Shown: positions 44,498-57,645, counted from the whole stretch's first letter. The stretch is 63,814 nucleotides of DNA, filler included, from Thraustochytrium aureum (GCA_012862495.1; 4 parts of 2 records of this genome joined end to end with filler, not necessarily neighbours in it); one strand, 5' to 3'. Numbers and translations are program-made. The notes: generated from the sequence alone by a model not told the origin.

Positions 44498-47400
44498 CTA
44501 CGGCTTCTCGGAGAGAACCGACTCGGCATCTGCAACGAGCTTCTGGGTGTCATGCTCGTCCAGTTGATCGATTTCCTCCAGCTCGTCGCTCACAAGCTTC
44601 ATAAACTGCTCGGTGCTCTGGCGGCCCCGGGCCCGAGCCTGCAGGGTACCAACACCCATGTCCATAACCATAACCTCTGCCTCCTTCTCGAGCGAGGCGA
44701 GCGGAGCAATCGACTCCAACACCGAATCATAGGCGCGGCGGGGCCTCGGCGCTCTTTGCTCCGCAACAGCCTCGTGCGTCAAACTGCTGACCCCATCTGA
44801 CTCGTCCCGGTGGTGCGCCAAGCTGCTGACCCCATCCGACTCGTCGCGTTGCGTCGTCCCAGCGCCTGCGCCAGGCGCCGGCAACTCGCTCTCGGTCGTG
44901 AGCTGCGTGTTCGAAGTAGACATTCCCGTGCCGCTTGCCCCGTGTGTAGGCTCACTAGTAGTCGCTTCATCCCCCCAAAGCTGCGAACGCACAGAGAGCC
45001 GTGGCGCATTCGCAACGTCTGCAGAGTGACCAGACCTCCCAAGGCTCGCATCAAGAGCAGATTTGTTCGCTGCCCGCTTGGCAGCCATGAGCGCGACAAA
45101 CTCAGCGCTCGCCAGGAATCGCGGCTTTACCACATGCTCAAGCCTATGGTAAATGTCGTTCTTCGCCTCGCTGAAGAGGTCTGGCTCAGGGTCCTCCATG
45201 CCCGTGGCGATCTCAGCCTCCAGCTCCGCGCCAAAGTCTAGCCAGTCCTTGCCTTTGACGGCGGAGTCGACGTACTTGTGGAAAAGCTCTTTCGCTCGCA
45301 CCGCGGTTGGATCTGCCTCGAACGCACAGCTGTCCTGCCAAAACCGAAGGTCGCCCGCGTTGGCACCATCGCGGCGCTTTTGCACGAATTCCATGACATG
45401 CTGGAACCCGAGCTCGTCCTGCAGAAGCGACTCAAAGTTGTCAAAGTACTTGCCAATGCGCTGCGAGAACTGTGCAAGCACGTTGTACTGATGCATGTCC
45501 AGAACGAAGAGCTCGCAGTGCGACATGCACTTGGCCGAGTCAATCCCGCTTGACTTTGCAATAACGCCGCGCCGAATCACCTTCGAATGCCCAGAGCTCG
45601 AGGCAACGACGACCGAACCGCTCACAAGAAAGTAAATTCGGTCCGCAAAATCGCTCGCGGGGAACCTCCGGAAACCGATGTTTGCAAAGCTTGCATGAAA
45701 TAAACTGAGCCCAGGGTCGCCCAGATTTGCGGCTCGGATGAAGGCAAGCGAGGTGTCGTCGTGCGTACCAGCCGGCGACAGCTCGTCCTTCCTAGCTTGA
45801 ATTTTGAACGAGTTGGCGCCGGCTTGGGACCCGGACCTGACCGCAGCATAAATACGCGACCGAGCACCCTTACCTGATCGCGAGGACGAACCCCACTTTG
45901 CGTTCCCAGAGGCTGAAAGCGTGTTCCGAATCCCTCGAAACTTCGATTTAAGCGACGAGTCGAGGCCTTCGGTCGGAACTCCTGTCTCGGCATGCGTGCG
46001 ACCCCGCTGCGTTGGCGAGGTTGGCGCTGGCGCCATCGACTCGGTTTCGTACGAACCGCTCAAAAGCATGTGGCCCTTTGGCAGCACGACCGGGCTCAAC
46101 ATAAGCGCAAGCGTTTGAAGCGCACCGAGTTGGAACCCGGCAAACATCGGATGAGCGGCGAGGTTTGGGACGCTGCCGAGGGCCGCATGAGCGACTATTT
46201 CCGAGCGAAAGTAGGGCGGCAGGTTGGCCTCTCGCAGTATCTCCGTCTCGTTTTGGTCGTTGAGCGTCTCGTGCTGAAACCTGACAAAGTTGAGCACCGT
46301 GCGCTTGATGTGCGGCTCGATGTGGCGCGTTTTCAGGTATTGTGTCAGCGAGATGCGCTTCCGCTTGGAGTTGCTCGCCTTTGTGTCCTGGTTTGCGAGG
46401 ACGTTGCTCACGGTCGCCGTAACGCCGGCGTCGCAGAGAAACGCGCCGAAAACCATGCACAGGACAGCAAAGACGGGCGCATCCACAGGCACGTTCCCGT
46501 ACCCGACCGTTGAGATCGTGTAGACGGCCCAGTACAGGCAGAACAAGTAGGCTTCCACGGGTGAGTAACCGGGTGGCAAGAGCGCCAAGTAGCGCACGCT
46601 CAAGGTGGCCTTCACGCATGCGATGATGTGCACGCTGATGAAACCTGTGAAGGCGAGCCGCGAGATCTGCTTTGCGCCAGAGCCCATCACAATGCCACAC
46701 TCGGCAGCGAATTGCTGGAGAGAGGAGACCAGCCCGCTAAGACGCAGCCCAGACAACAGCCGCGGGAGCCGCGCAATAGCCACAACCCAAGGCCAGGGCC
46801 CGACGCCATCGATCCAAAGCGCGCCGACGCTCTCTAGCACGCCAAGCCGGACGGCATAGTCCAGCGGGAGCAGCGTGGCGACATCCACCAAAAGGCCGTG
46901 GCGCAAGTACCAGCGCGACACCTCGCGCCGCGTCCATAGCGTCACGCCTGCGTGGCTTGCAGTAAACACGACGGCCCGGAACACTGCATCAGCGATGAGC
47001 ACAATGTCTGTTAGAATGTCCAAAGCCAGGAAAGTCGACTCTGAACTGGCGAGCTCGACCTTGACAAAGCTCATTGCGACAACGCCCGGCCGCAGAAACG
47101 TCGCGCGGAACGGGATTGAAACGAATAGGTACACAATGCCGAGGAGCAGAACGCAGTCCCAGACTCGCCTCTCCCTGGCAGTGTGCGCCAAGAGCTTCTC
47201 GCCTGTGCACAGGCCAAGCTCCTTCTTCTCGGTTTCGACGTCGAAAAACTTGTTCACCTTGGCTTTCCCGAGGTTTCGCGTGAACGCTTCCAGGGTGCCG
47301 CGTTTGCGAATTTCTGGCTCGAGCTTCACGATGTCTTGTCGAAACCGAGCTTCGAGGCCGGGGCGCTCTTGAAGGTACAAGTCAAAGTCGACGCGGTGCA

Positions 47401-50400
47401 GGACGAACACGTCACAAATCTCACGAGCGCGAGCGATGCATTCTGTGGGCTCCGCAAAGAAGAACTGAACCTCGCCAAACATGTCCCCAGGCCCAAACGA
47501 AGTGTAGACCTGCGATCCGTCGCGCGAGACGTACTCGACAGACCCCGAAGTGAGAAAGTACCACCGATAAATGAGCTCGTCTTGCAAAAAGATGACCGTG
47601 TCCTCCGCAAAAAGCGCTGGGCGGAGCAAGTCGAGCAAATCCTCCACGCGGTCCCAGTGCGCAAACAGCGGCGCGCGCGTGAGAAGGCGCCGTCCGAGCC
47701 GCTCTGCCTTGATCTCCCGACGAAGCGAGATCGGCAGCTTGTCCAGGATCCAGGACTCTTCCACGCCTTTTTGTCTGACCCAGAGCAAGTTGTAGTAGCC
47801 AATGATGCGGCCCGAGAGGCTGCTTGGAAGCTTGCGAGACCTGCAGTAGAGGTTCATGCTGTCCACCTTGCGCTGGAACATGATCGAGCTGATGTCAGAG
47901 TGCGCGATGATCTCCTCCAGGTTGTTGAGTAGAAGCGCGTACAGAAAGCCTCCAGCAATGAGTAGCGCAATCGTGTACAGGATCTCGCTGTCCGCGGCGG
48001 GAGTGTAGTCGCCGTATCCGACTGTCGTGAGGGACGCTACCGTCCAGTAAACAGACCTCGCGTACGCGCGGTGCGCGGGCACAAAAGTCACATTGCTCGA
48101 GTCGAAGACCTCCGAGCCATCCTCAGGCAGCACCGCCCCGGTCACGGGAACCAAAAGCGCAAAGTCTTCGCTGTGCGTCGCCCAAGTGCGAGGCAGGCCG
48201 GACGCGATGTTCCAGCGCGCCAGACCAAAGAACAAGCAGCCCCCACAGTGAGCGAACAGCAGGATCAGGAGAAGCAGGCTAATCAGTGTTGTCACGTCGC
48301 GACGCATTGGGACCATGCACTTGACCATCTCGAGGTACTCGGTCAGCCTGTGCATGCGCACCATTGTCACCATGCGGAGGACGCCGTACACTGTGACGCT
48401 GAGGTGCGGGAAGCCAACGGCCAGCCCCACGCACAGGGAGACTGGCAGCGACGCGACCACGTCCCACTTTAGCTCTGCGCGACGGTACAGTCGGGAGAAG
48501 GCCTCTCGACGTCCTTCGATCACGCCATGCTCTTCGCGAGCAAAGTAGCGAAGTCTGAACAGAATGTCGCAGATACCTGCGGCGTCCGCGATAAAGTCGA
48601 TGACTAAAAACAACGGGTAGTCCGCTACCGTCCCATACCCGTGCCCGGCGCGAAATGTTGCGAGGTACACGTTGCCCAAGGTCAGCGCAAAGACGAGCGA
48701 GTGCCAAGTCAGCTGAGCTTTTGAGTCTGGCAGCAGCACGTGCTTGTCGAGCTGCAGCCCCGTGGTGGAGCCAACTTGTTCTTCGTCCATCATCAGCTTG
48801 TTCAACTTGGCATTCTTGAGGTTTTTGGCAATGTTGCCCGCGTTCTCTGATGTCGCAACCGCGCGAGAGTACACGACATCCGCGACGCTGTTTAGGTACA
48901 GTGAATCAGAACGGTCGCGCAACTCGGGTTTCGCGCAGTTTGATCTCCTTTCCTTTTTTCCAGGCGCATGCTCAGGCTGCGGAGCGTCGATCCTGAGGGC
49001 CTCGTTGTTTTGCTCTAGCGAGGTGGCCGTTGTGATCGTGTCGCACGGACTTGGCAGCACTTTGAGCTCAGTTGGCTTGCAGCCGAGCACCGAATGCAAA
49101 GACGATTGTGTCAGGACCCACACTTCGCAAAACTCGAGCGCGCGGAGCTTTAGCTCTTGACGCTCAGGCTCGAACAAGGCGATCTGCGCAAACCCGTTGC
49201 CCGCCTCCAGCTTTCCAATCGCGTTTCCGGTCGACGAGAGGATCTCTGCAACGCCAACCTCGAGGTATATCAGGGCGTCTGTGACGCCCCGGTCGTGGGC
49301 GTCAACGGAGCCGTTTTTCTGGCCACCACTGTACCCGCATGTGATGTAACGTCCAGGAGAGAACACCTCCTTTTGCATCTGAGCTGCGAGCTTGTCCAGA
49401 ATCGATTGATCCACGTCGTGAAAGAGGACGGACCGTCGCAAGAAGCGGTCGCTGATGATCTCGCGGCGCAGCAGCTCCTGCAGCGATGCCGGGAAAAACT
49501 TGCGCAAGGTCGTCACTTCGTTGAGGCGGATGTGATGGACGGTGGCGTACTCCAGGTAGGCGTTGCAGTCGGCGACCACGCGGCGCGGCAGCGCCAAGTT
49601 TTCCAGGTAGTGCCGACAGCAATCAGTAAAGTGCTCGATGGTTGGCGCCCCCCCGTCGCCGTTGCGAGTGATTGCAGCGAGAATCGACACGAAGCCGGCA
49701 TACATGGTGGTGCCAAAGACCATTACCACCATCGCAAACGCCCGCGACATGGAACTAGATGGCACGATATCTCCAAACCCCACCGTCGTGACAGTAACCA
49801 GAGCCCAATAGAGAGACCTCGCGTAGCTCGTAGCCAAAGACTGGCCTTTGTCAAACTGGACTGTCGCATTGGTCCCTTCGATGCTGATCCACATGCACGT
49901 GATCCAGTGCGCGGAGATGGCCACTGCCATTGAGATCTGCACAGCGACCACCTGCAAGGTCCCGAGGCGCCGGAACCACGAGATGCGGTTGCCCACGCGC
50001 AGAACCTCGTCGCTAACTAGAGGGTACAGCAGCACAATGAAGGGGAACCGGATCAGCATGTACTCATCCAAGTTGTCCGCTCGCGACGCGACAAAGGAGC
50101 CGAGGCTCAGCAGAAGCAGCGCCGCGTGCAACATCGTGTTTGCGAGCCCCCGTGACCTCAAGTTCTCTGTGACAGCCAGCCTCTTTGCTGAATTTCCTTG
50201 CGTTGTCGAGGTGGCGTCGCTGCCGGCCCCTTGCCGCGCTTCGGCCCTCGGTTCTGATGCAGAGCAATGGCCGAGCTCCGAAATCTCGGCAGGAAAAGCA
50301 CGCTCGAGAAGATGATCGCATCGCACAAGGTGTCCACGAGCCAGAGCGCCTGAACATCTATCTTGGTAGTGTATGAGCTTCCCAAAGCAAGGTTCAGGGG

Positions 50401-53248
50401 CGGCGCCACGCAAAAGTATGCATGAGCCAGGAACGAGAGCAACTCCCACACTGCTTTCACTTTCGGAATCTCGAGCGCAGACGTGACCCTGGACCCCCAC
50501 AGATTCAGGTTCCGCTCCAGGGTAGCCAAGAGCCGGAACGCAATGGTCGATCCATTTCCAGCGTGGAGTCCTCGAAGAAAGCTCGGCTGCCGGTCCAACG
50601 AGCGAGTCAGCCGAACGGTTCGAGCCCTGTTGCGCTCGTCCCATGATTGGACCGTGGCTAAGACCCCTGGGTCGTTCGTGAGATACTTGGCACAAGAAAC
50701 GTCGTTGAGGTTCGCAATGGAGATGAGCTTTGGAACAGGGTCCAGAATACGATTGAGGACCAACCCTCGGACAGCCGAACGCCGCCGCCTCCGCCAGGCA
50801 GTACTTGAGCCACTTGGTGCAGCCTCAAGCTCTTCGACCGAATTGGCCTTTCCGCTCGACCCGTTCGCCGCTAAAGAATTTGTGGATGACCTGTTGCGAA
50901 TCAGGTTCAATAATGATGACTGTCGCAAGAACCCCTTGTGCGGCTCTGACTCGTTTTGCAGCGCCGCTTTGACGTCTGAAATGAATTCGCCCGTCGCAAT
51001 AGATATCCCGCGCCCGCGGTCAGAATGATGAGTCACCGAGCTGGCCGATTCGTCAGTCGCCAGGGCACCTTTGACGGAGCCAGTTTGACCTGCATCCTCG
51101 TCGTCACCGCGAACATCGCTGCTCTCGTCGTCACCGCTTTTAATGGCACTCTGGCTTTCACTACCGTCCCCAGCACGTCGAAAAGAGCTGTCGTGGCTGG
51201 CGGCGGCGTTGTCCCCCTGCGACGCAAGTTGGTGGTCTTCGTCGCTCGAGCCGCGAAAGATCTGCACAGCGACTTGGAGCACCTCGGCGTCGAGCCGCTG
51301 GAGCTCACAGACCTTTGCTGCGACCACCGAGTTGCCATGGACCGCGCATGCTGAAAATAGCATCTCCTCGCCATAAAAGCCCGCGTCTCCAGGCTCGATG
51401 ACCTCAATAACGGTGCTCGCCCGAAACGTCTTGGCAGACTTTGATCTCCGGAGTCGAGCAGTGAAAGTGGTCGCGCGCCTCGGTCCCATCTGCTTGTTCA
51501 CCTCCATGACGGACAAGCGCTTTCTGGACGTGGGCTCTCGCTTGATGCTGAACCCATCGTCGTCACCGGTGGACAACACCTCGAGGCGACCCTCCGAAAG
51601 AAACCACATTGCATTCACAGGCTCGCCGCGAACGCACAAGTACTCGCCAAAGTTGACGATATCAGGCTGGAGCGCCGAGACAACGGCGTCCACGAATACG
51701 AGGTCGCGGCCCTGGAAGAGTTTGATCCGAAGCAGCGCGTTGCGCCGCCCGCTCGTGATCTCCTCGCGCAGGCTTGATGGCAGGGCGCCAAGGATTGAGC
51801 TCTCCAGTTTTCCGCGTTGGCGCTCCCACAGGAAAGCAAAATACTCGCGGACTTTGTGCCGCTTGGCTGCCGAGATATTCCGTTCGCTCATGTACGCTGT
51901 CATCAGCTCCATCTTCTCCTTGAAGTGTGCAGACGTGACGTCAAGATTCTTCAGGAGCGACGTCATGTTTGCAATCACCAATGCGTGAACCGCGGTGCCG
52001 CAGAGCACGCAAAAGAGAACCAGTGTGACCTGCGACATGGACGCTGGCACGACGTCCCCATAGCCGACGGTGAACATGGTTTGCAGCGCAAAGTACTGCG
52101 CCGTTGTCAGGTCCTTGAAAAGCGCACTGGCCCCGTAAACGAAGGGATGGGTGCGATTGAGCATGCTGACTTGCAGCTCGGCAGGAGCGCTGGCTCCATC
52201 GATCGTGGCTGCGTTGTAGCTTGTGAGGTAAAAGGCCCCTGCCATCAGGTAGGCCACGTACACAATTTGCGACAAGAGGCGCAGCATCCGGAACACGTTG
52301 CTGCTTGACACTCGCACGAGCTTGTCGACGCCCGCCATGGCTCCAAGGTAGAACGTCCGGGACAGGAGGCCCGCGCCAGCAAGGCGGATCAACTTCCAAG
52401 AACGCTTGAAGAGTTTCTGTCCAGACCAAGGCCTATCGAAGCGAACGGCTGGGCGCACATTATCTGGCAAAGCACATGGAAAGACAGCACATGGGTGAAG
52501 CCTGCTGCGCCCATCTTGCATCGCCGAGGGAGTTGGAAGGTCGAGAGGAGGATCAGCACCGCGAACGAGGCGTCCAGGAAGACCGAGCAAATTAACAGGC
52601 CGTGCCGAGACAGATTGTCTGGCTGCCGTGCTGTCGGGAAAAATATAAGAAGAGGGCTCAGAATGAGCGCCACCACGCATACCGCCAAAAAGTACGCATT
52701 CACCACGTACCATGTGGCTGATCCCTCTTGGATTTGCAGGCACGACGATCCACCGCGCTCTGCTTCCACAACGCGATCCAGTGCCGCCCTGGAATCCTCA
52801 ACAAGAACGAGATTTGCCGGAACGACAGTGCCGCGCCGCGATGGCCCTCCTCTAAGGATTCGCATCATCCTACCGGAGCTCGAGGCCGAGGTGGACGCCG
52901 TTGAGCCTTGCGCATACCCGTCGATGTCGGGGGCGTTGACCAGGTCGGTGAGCGTGGAGAGTCTGTGCACCGCAGCTCTTTGACGCATTTCGGCTGTGCG
53001 CGAGTCGCCGCTGCGCAAATAGCTCCAAACCTTCGAGAGGACGCCTGGATCCCATCCTTTTACTGCCGATTTCGGCGAGCTGCTGAAAAGACGCTCTGCA
53101 GCCGGCCGGCCGCTGCCGAGGCCTTGTTTGTCGATGTTGAGGAGTTTGGAGTGCCGGTTTTGAACCTGTTGTGGTCCCCTAACTTGTACCCTGGCACGTC
53201 GATCTGGACGGCATGCTTTGGCATTTTATTTAGAAAGACCTTCGCCGC
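44498..53248 (-). CDS. Single-chain four-repeat K+-selective CNG-type channel (CNGK-like) with C-terminal RGS domain; frameshifts near 53110, 52420 and 50230
   Basis: Four pore loops: MFTVGYGD (~52055-52078), TTVGFGD (~49770), TTVGYGD (~48010), STVGYGN (~46495). Each has upstream TM helices and a downstream C-linker plus CNBD fold. RGS-like domain at ~45098-45436. Start is ATG 53224 or lies in the gap. Confidence 0.9.
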
Positions 53249-54116
53249 NNNNNNNNNNNNNNNNNNNNNNNNNNNNNNNNNNNNNNNNNNNNNNNNNNNN
53301 NNNNNNNNNNNNNNNNNNNNNNNNNNNNNNNNNNNNNNNNNNNNNNNNNNNNNNNNNNNNNNNNNNNNNNNNNNNNNNNNNNNNNNNNNNNNNNNNNNNN
53401 NNNNNNNNNNNNNNNNNNNNNNNNNNNNNNNNNNNNNNNNNNNNNNNNNNNNNNNNNNNNNNNNNNNNNNNNNNNNNNNNNNNNNNNNNNNNNNNNNNNN
53501 NNNNNNNNNNNNNNNNNNNNNNNNNNNNNNNNNNNNNNNNNNNNNNNNNNNNNNNNNNNNNNNNNNNNNNNNNNNNNNNNNNNNNNNNNNNNNNNNNNNN
53601 NNNNNNNNNNNNNNNNNNNNNNNNNNNNNNNNNNNNNNNNNNNNNNNNNNNNNNNNNNNNNNNNNNNNNNNNNNNNNNNNNNNNNNNNNNNNNNNNNNNN
53701 NNNNNNNNNNNNNNNNNNNNNNNNNNNNNNNNNNNNNNNNNNNNNNNNNNNNNNNNNNNNNNNNNNNNNNNNNNNNNNNNNNNNNNNNNNNNNNNNNNNN
53801 NNNNNNNNNNNNNNNNNNNNNNNNNNNNNNNNNNNNNNNNNNNNNNNNNNNNNNNNNNNNNNNNNNNNNNNNNNNNNNNNNNNNNNNNNNNNNNNNNNNN
53901 NNNNNNNNNNNNNNNNNNNNNNNNNNNNNNNNNNNNNNNNNNNNNNNNNNNNNNNNNNNNNNNNNNNNNNNNNNNNNNNNNNNNNNNNNNNNNNNNNNNN
54001 NNNNNNNNNNNNNNNNNNNNNNNNNNNNNNNNNNNNNNNNNNNNNNNNNNNNNNNNNNNNNNNNNNNNNNNNNNNNNNNNNNNNNNNNNNNNNNNNNNNN
54101 NNNNNNNNNNNNNNNN

Positions 54117-55137
54117 TGCTTCCGTAGCGGATCGCGAGAGCATCTTCTTGGACGTAGGGCGCTCCATCAGCGGGTTTTGGAACTTTGGCGGCGTGCGGAG
54201 CTTCCGAAACTATGTGTCGTCTGCCTCGCTGCCAAAGCTACGAGCCTCGAACGCGAGGCCAAACAGCAATCCATCCTCTGCGCTCTCCGGCCCGCCGACT
54301 CGCAACTCGGCGGCCTCTTCAGGCCTGTGGAGCGAAAACCCGAAGAGCGTCGCCTCGGCAGTCCGCCCACAAACCGTCGAAGTCGATATCGAAGGCGGGG
54401 TGCGAGGAGCTGAGCAAAAGGGAGGCGGGGTCCGTCCGCTCAAGAGGCTCTCAACCTCCAGCCCAGACGCTTCTGCGCAATCGTCGCGCTCTCGCAAGCG
54501 CCTGGGCTTTGTCCTTGTTGCCTTGGCGGCGATCGCGGCAGTCGTAGTGCTCTTTAACGCAAGGCCAGGGAACGAGGAAAACGGCAACCTGGTGGACTCG
54601 GGAGAGAGTGGGGCCACCAAACCCGACGAGGGACAAGTTAGCCCACCAGTAAATGACACGATTGGAGATGGCGACAATGGCGGCGGCGACAACGGCGGCG
54701 GCGGCGACAACGGCGGCGGCAGTGAACCCTCTGGCGTGCTGTTCCGCGGCCTTTTCTTCGACTCGGCTCAGCAGCGCGTGGTTGGAAGCGGGCGGACCGC
54801 GTACCGAGAAACAGAAGCGCAGATCTTTCTCCACATTCAAGCCAAGCCGATCCCGCTCAAGGTCTCTGAAGTCCGCGGCTTCGTTCTATACGACCCAGAG
54901 GATTACCAGCCTGTGGGCGAGATCACCGCGACACCTCGAGACCCCCTCGCTGGAGATCCCAGCGTTCAAGTGTTCAGCTTGGCGGCCACAGCCCGCAAAT
55001 CGCACGAGGCGGACGAGTTCTTGGAGGCGCTCGAGAGCTGCGAACATGCCGAGGAATTCGCGATATTCATCGAGGCAACGCTCACAGACGCCTCCGTCGT
55101 CTCCGTCTTGCTTACTCTGCCGGCGTGCTCGTCTTGA
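54117..55137 (+). CDS. Hypothetical single-pass (type II) membrane protein, 5' partial
   Basis: Open frame with RKR followed by LGFVLVALAAIAAVVVLF, a Gly/Asp/Asn linker and a globular-looking C-terminal domain. Confidence 0.6.
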
Positions 55138-55940
55138 CCTAGCAGCGCGCGCGCGCCATCCGAGTTGTGCAGGTGTAAAGCATACAAACCGTTCTATTTG
55201 ACCATAGCCAGCCCATGCAGCCCAAGCCGCGGCCAAGACGAAGCCCAACCTCCCGGGCTCGAGCCCAAGCCTCAGTCTGCGCTCGCCAATGGGCCAAGGC
55301 GTTGCCGACCACGTTCGACCAAGGTCGCTCGGCTGGTGTCCCCGCGCACGTCCTCAAGCTCGNNNNNNNNNNNNNNNNNNNNNNNNNNNNNNNNNNNNNN
55401 NNNNNNNNNNNNNNNNNNNNNNNNNNNNNNNNNNNNNNNNNNNNNNNNNNNNNNNNNNNNNNNNNNNNNNNNNNNNNNNNNNNNNNNNNNNNNNNNNNNN
55501 NNNNNNNNNNNNNNNNNNNNNNNNNNNNNNNNNNNNNNNNNNNNNNNNNNNNNNNNNNNNNNNNNNNNNNNNNNNNNNNNNNNNNNNNNNNNNNNNNNNN
55601 NNNNNNNNNNNNNNNNNNNNNNNNNNNNNNNNNNNNNNNNNNNNNNNNNNNNNNNNNNNNNNNNNNNNNNNNNNNNNNNNNNNNNNNNNNNNNNNNNNNN
55701 NNNNNNNNNNNNNNNNNNNNNNNNNNNNNNNNNNNNNNNNNNNNNNNNNNNNNNNNNNNNNNNNNNNNNNNNNNNNNNNNNNNNNNNNNNNNNNNNNNNN
55801 NNNNNNNNNNNNNNNNNNNNNNNNNNNNNNNNNNNNNNCGAGGCCAGCAGGCTCGGCGCGACTAGGGCATCGCTGGGGCGCGGGGCCGCCACGCCTTCCG
55901 CGACCCCGCGGGAGAGACGCGCTACAAGGCGAGGGCGACA

Positions 55941-57545
55941 ATGGAGGATGCGGACGGGATCCTGCTCGGCACGCTGCGCGACCTCGGGGCACTGCCGGTG
56001 CGACAAGGCGCGACGGAGAGAAGCGTGGGCGAGGTTGGGAGCGAAGCGCTCGCGCACTGCGTGCGCGCCGCCTTGGACGCTTTGGAAGGAGCCCAGGCCG
56101 ACGGTACTGAAGTGGACAGCTCCGGCCTTGAAGCCACGAGCGCAGCGGAGCGGCGGAAGCGTTGCGCAGCCCTCGCTGAGCGGCTTCGCGCGGCGGGGTA
56201 TGCAAAGCCGTGCGGATATAGCGAGCTGCTGTATCCGGCGGAAGAGTCGACGAGGGACATCTTGTCGTGGCTTGTAGACCAGCTCTCGCGGCGCGAGCAA
56301 AGCGACAGCAACAAGTCTGTTCTGCAGCCTGTGGGTTTTGCGCGGTCCGAGGCGCGCAAAGAGGCAGAAGGCAACTGGCAACGGCAAGCCCAAGCGCTGT
56401 CACTGGTCGGGGACGCCCTCGATGCTTGGGCTGCGAAGACCTGGGTGCCGCCGACTTGCCGAGCCGAAAGGCCTGGTCGGCGTCCACTTCGCACGTTCCC
56501 CCTGGCCGACCCGTCGCGTCGCGTCTTTGCTACCCGCCAGTTTGGCGGCCCGAAATTGCCGAGTGGGTACCTTGACGCCGTTGGGCCCTCGCTTCTGGAG
56601 GCGTACCACATTGAGCGCATCGCTTCACGTCTCCCCGCCGGACGGTTGGCGTCGCAACCTTGGAGACTCGACAAAGCGCAAGGCGCAAGCCTGATCCGAT
56701 GCCGCATGGCGGCGGCGCTCAGTGCTCTTGGCCCTAGTCTGGCCCAAGACGAGCAGAAAGCGCCTTCATCGCACCGCCTGGCTCGCGCAGCAAAAGTCAG
56801 CCAGGAGGGCTCGGAACCCCCGCGCCAGCAGTCGAGCCGCTCAACGGCGAGCGCGAGAGCGAGGTTGAACGATTAGAGAGTGAGCTCGCCGAAGCAAGGG
56901 CGGCTCTCGCGGCATGCCGCGACACTGTGCTCGCGGCTGTGGAGGAGGAAGACGCCGCTCGGCTCGAGCTCGCTCACGTTGAGGCAAACCAAGCCGCTTT
57001 GGAAGACGTGTACCGCGTGCAGCGCAAGGTCTTAGCGCTGCTCCCTCAAGGCGAAGCAGGCGCTGCTGAGGCGGAGGCGGCGTTGGACGCCGCTAGGCAA
57101 AGGCAGCACAAGCTCGAGCTCGAGTGGGAGGGTGTTCGAGGCCCGATGCAGAGCGAGTTGCGCGAGGCCAAGCTTTTTCTTGCGCAGAGCGCCGAAGCTG
57201 TCGCGCACAAGGAAGCGGCAGCCGAGCGCATGCAGATCGAGATCCAGGACATGGCTGCGAGCGCGCAAGCGGCTGAAGCTCGGGTCGCAAGCCTCGCCGT
57301 CGTAGCTGCCAAGCTCAAGGCGGGTGCAACGAGGTCGATGTACACGCAACGCATCGTCGAAATCTCCAAGCAGGTCCGTCGGCAGAGCGAAGAGATTGCG
57401 CGCGTAATCAGTGACATTCGCGGCGTCCAGCAGGCTATAAACCAGGCCTCTGGCAAGCTCAAGCGCTGCGAGGCTGTCGCAGACGACTTGGTTTTCACCT
57501 TGTCTGATAGCGCTCAGCACGGCTTGGCAGCCACGCAGGCGTACC
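55941..57545 (+). CDS. CCDC22: Coiled-coil domain-containing protein 22 (Commander/CCC complex), 3' truncated; frameshift near 56860
   Basis: MEDADGILLGTLRDLG, GYSELLYPAEESTRDILSWLVDQL, and C-terminal RSMYTQRIVEISKQVRRQSEEI..VISDIR..Q..IN...GKL.R..AV.DDLVF. Confidence 0.88.
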
Positions 57546-57589
57546 NNNNNNNNNNNNNNNNNNNNNNNNNNNNNNNNNNNNNNNNNNNN

Positions 57590-57601
57590 TTAATTAATTA
57601 A
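57590..57601. other. Artificial scaffold-joining linker
   Basis: TTAATTAATTAA between N runs. Confidence 0.95.
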
Positions 57602-57645
57602 NNNNNNNNNNNNNNNNNNNNNNNNNNNNNNNNNNNNNNNNNNNN

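Noticed and set aside
44775..44850. 39-bp duplication (RDESDGVSSL x2) in the channel tail
   Set aside because: Ordinary in-frame slippage duplication in a disordered C-terminus.
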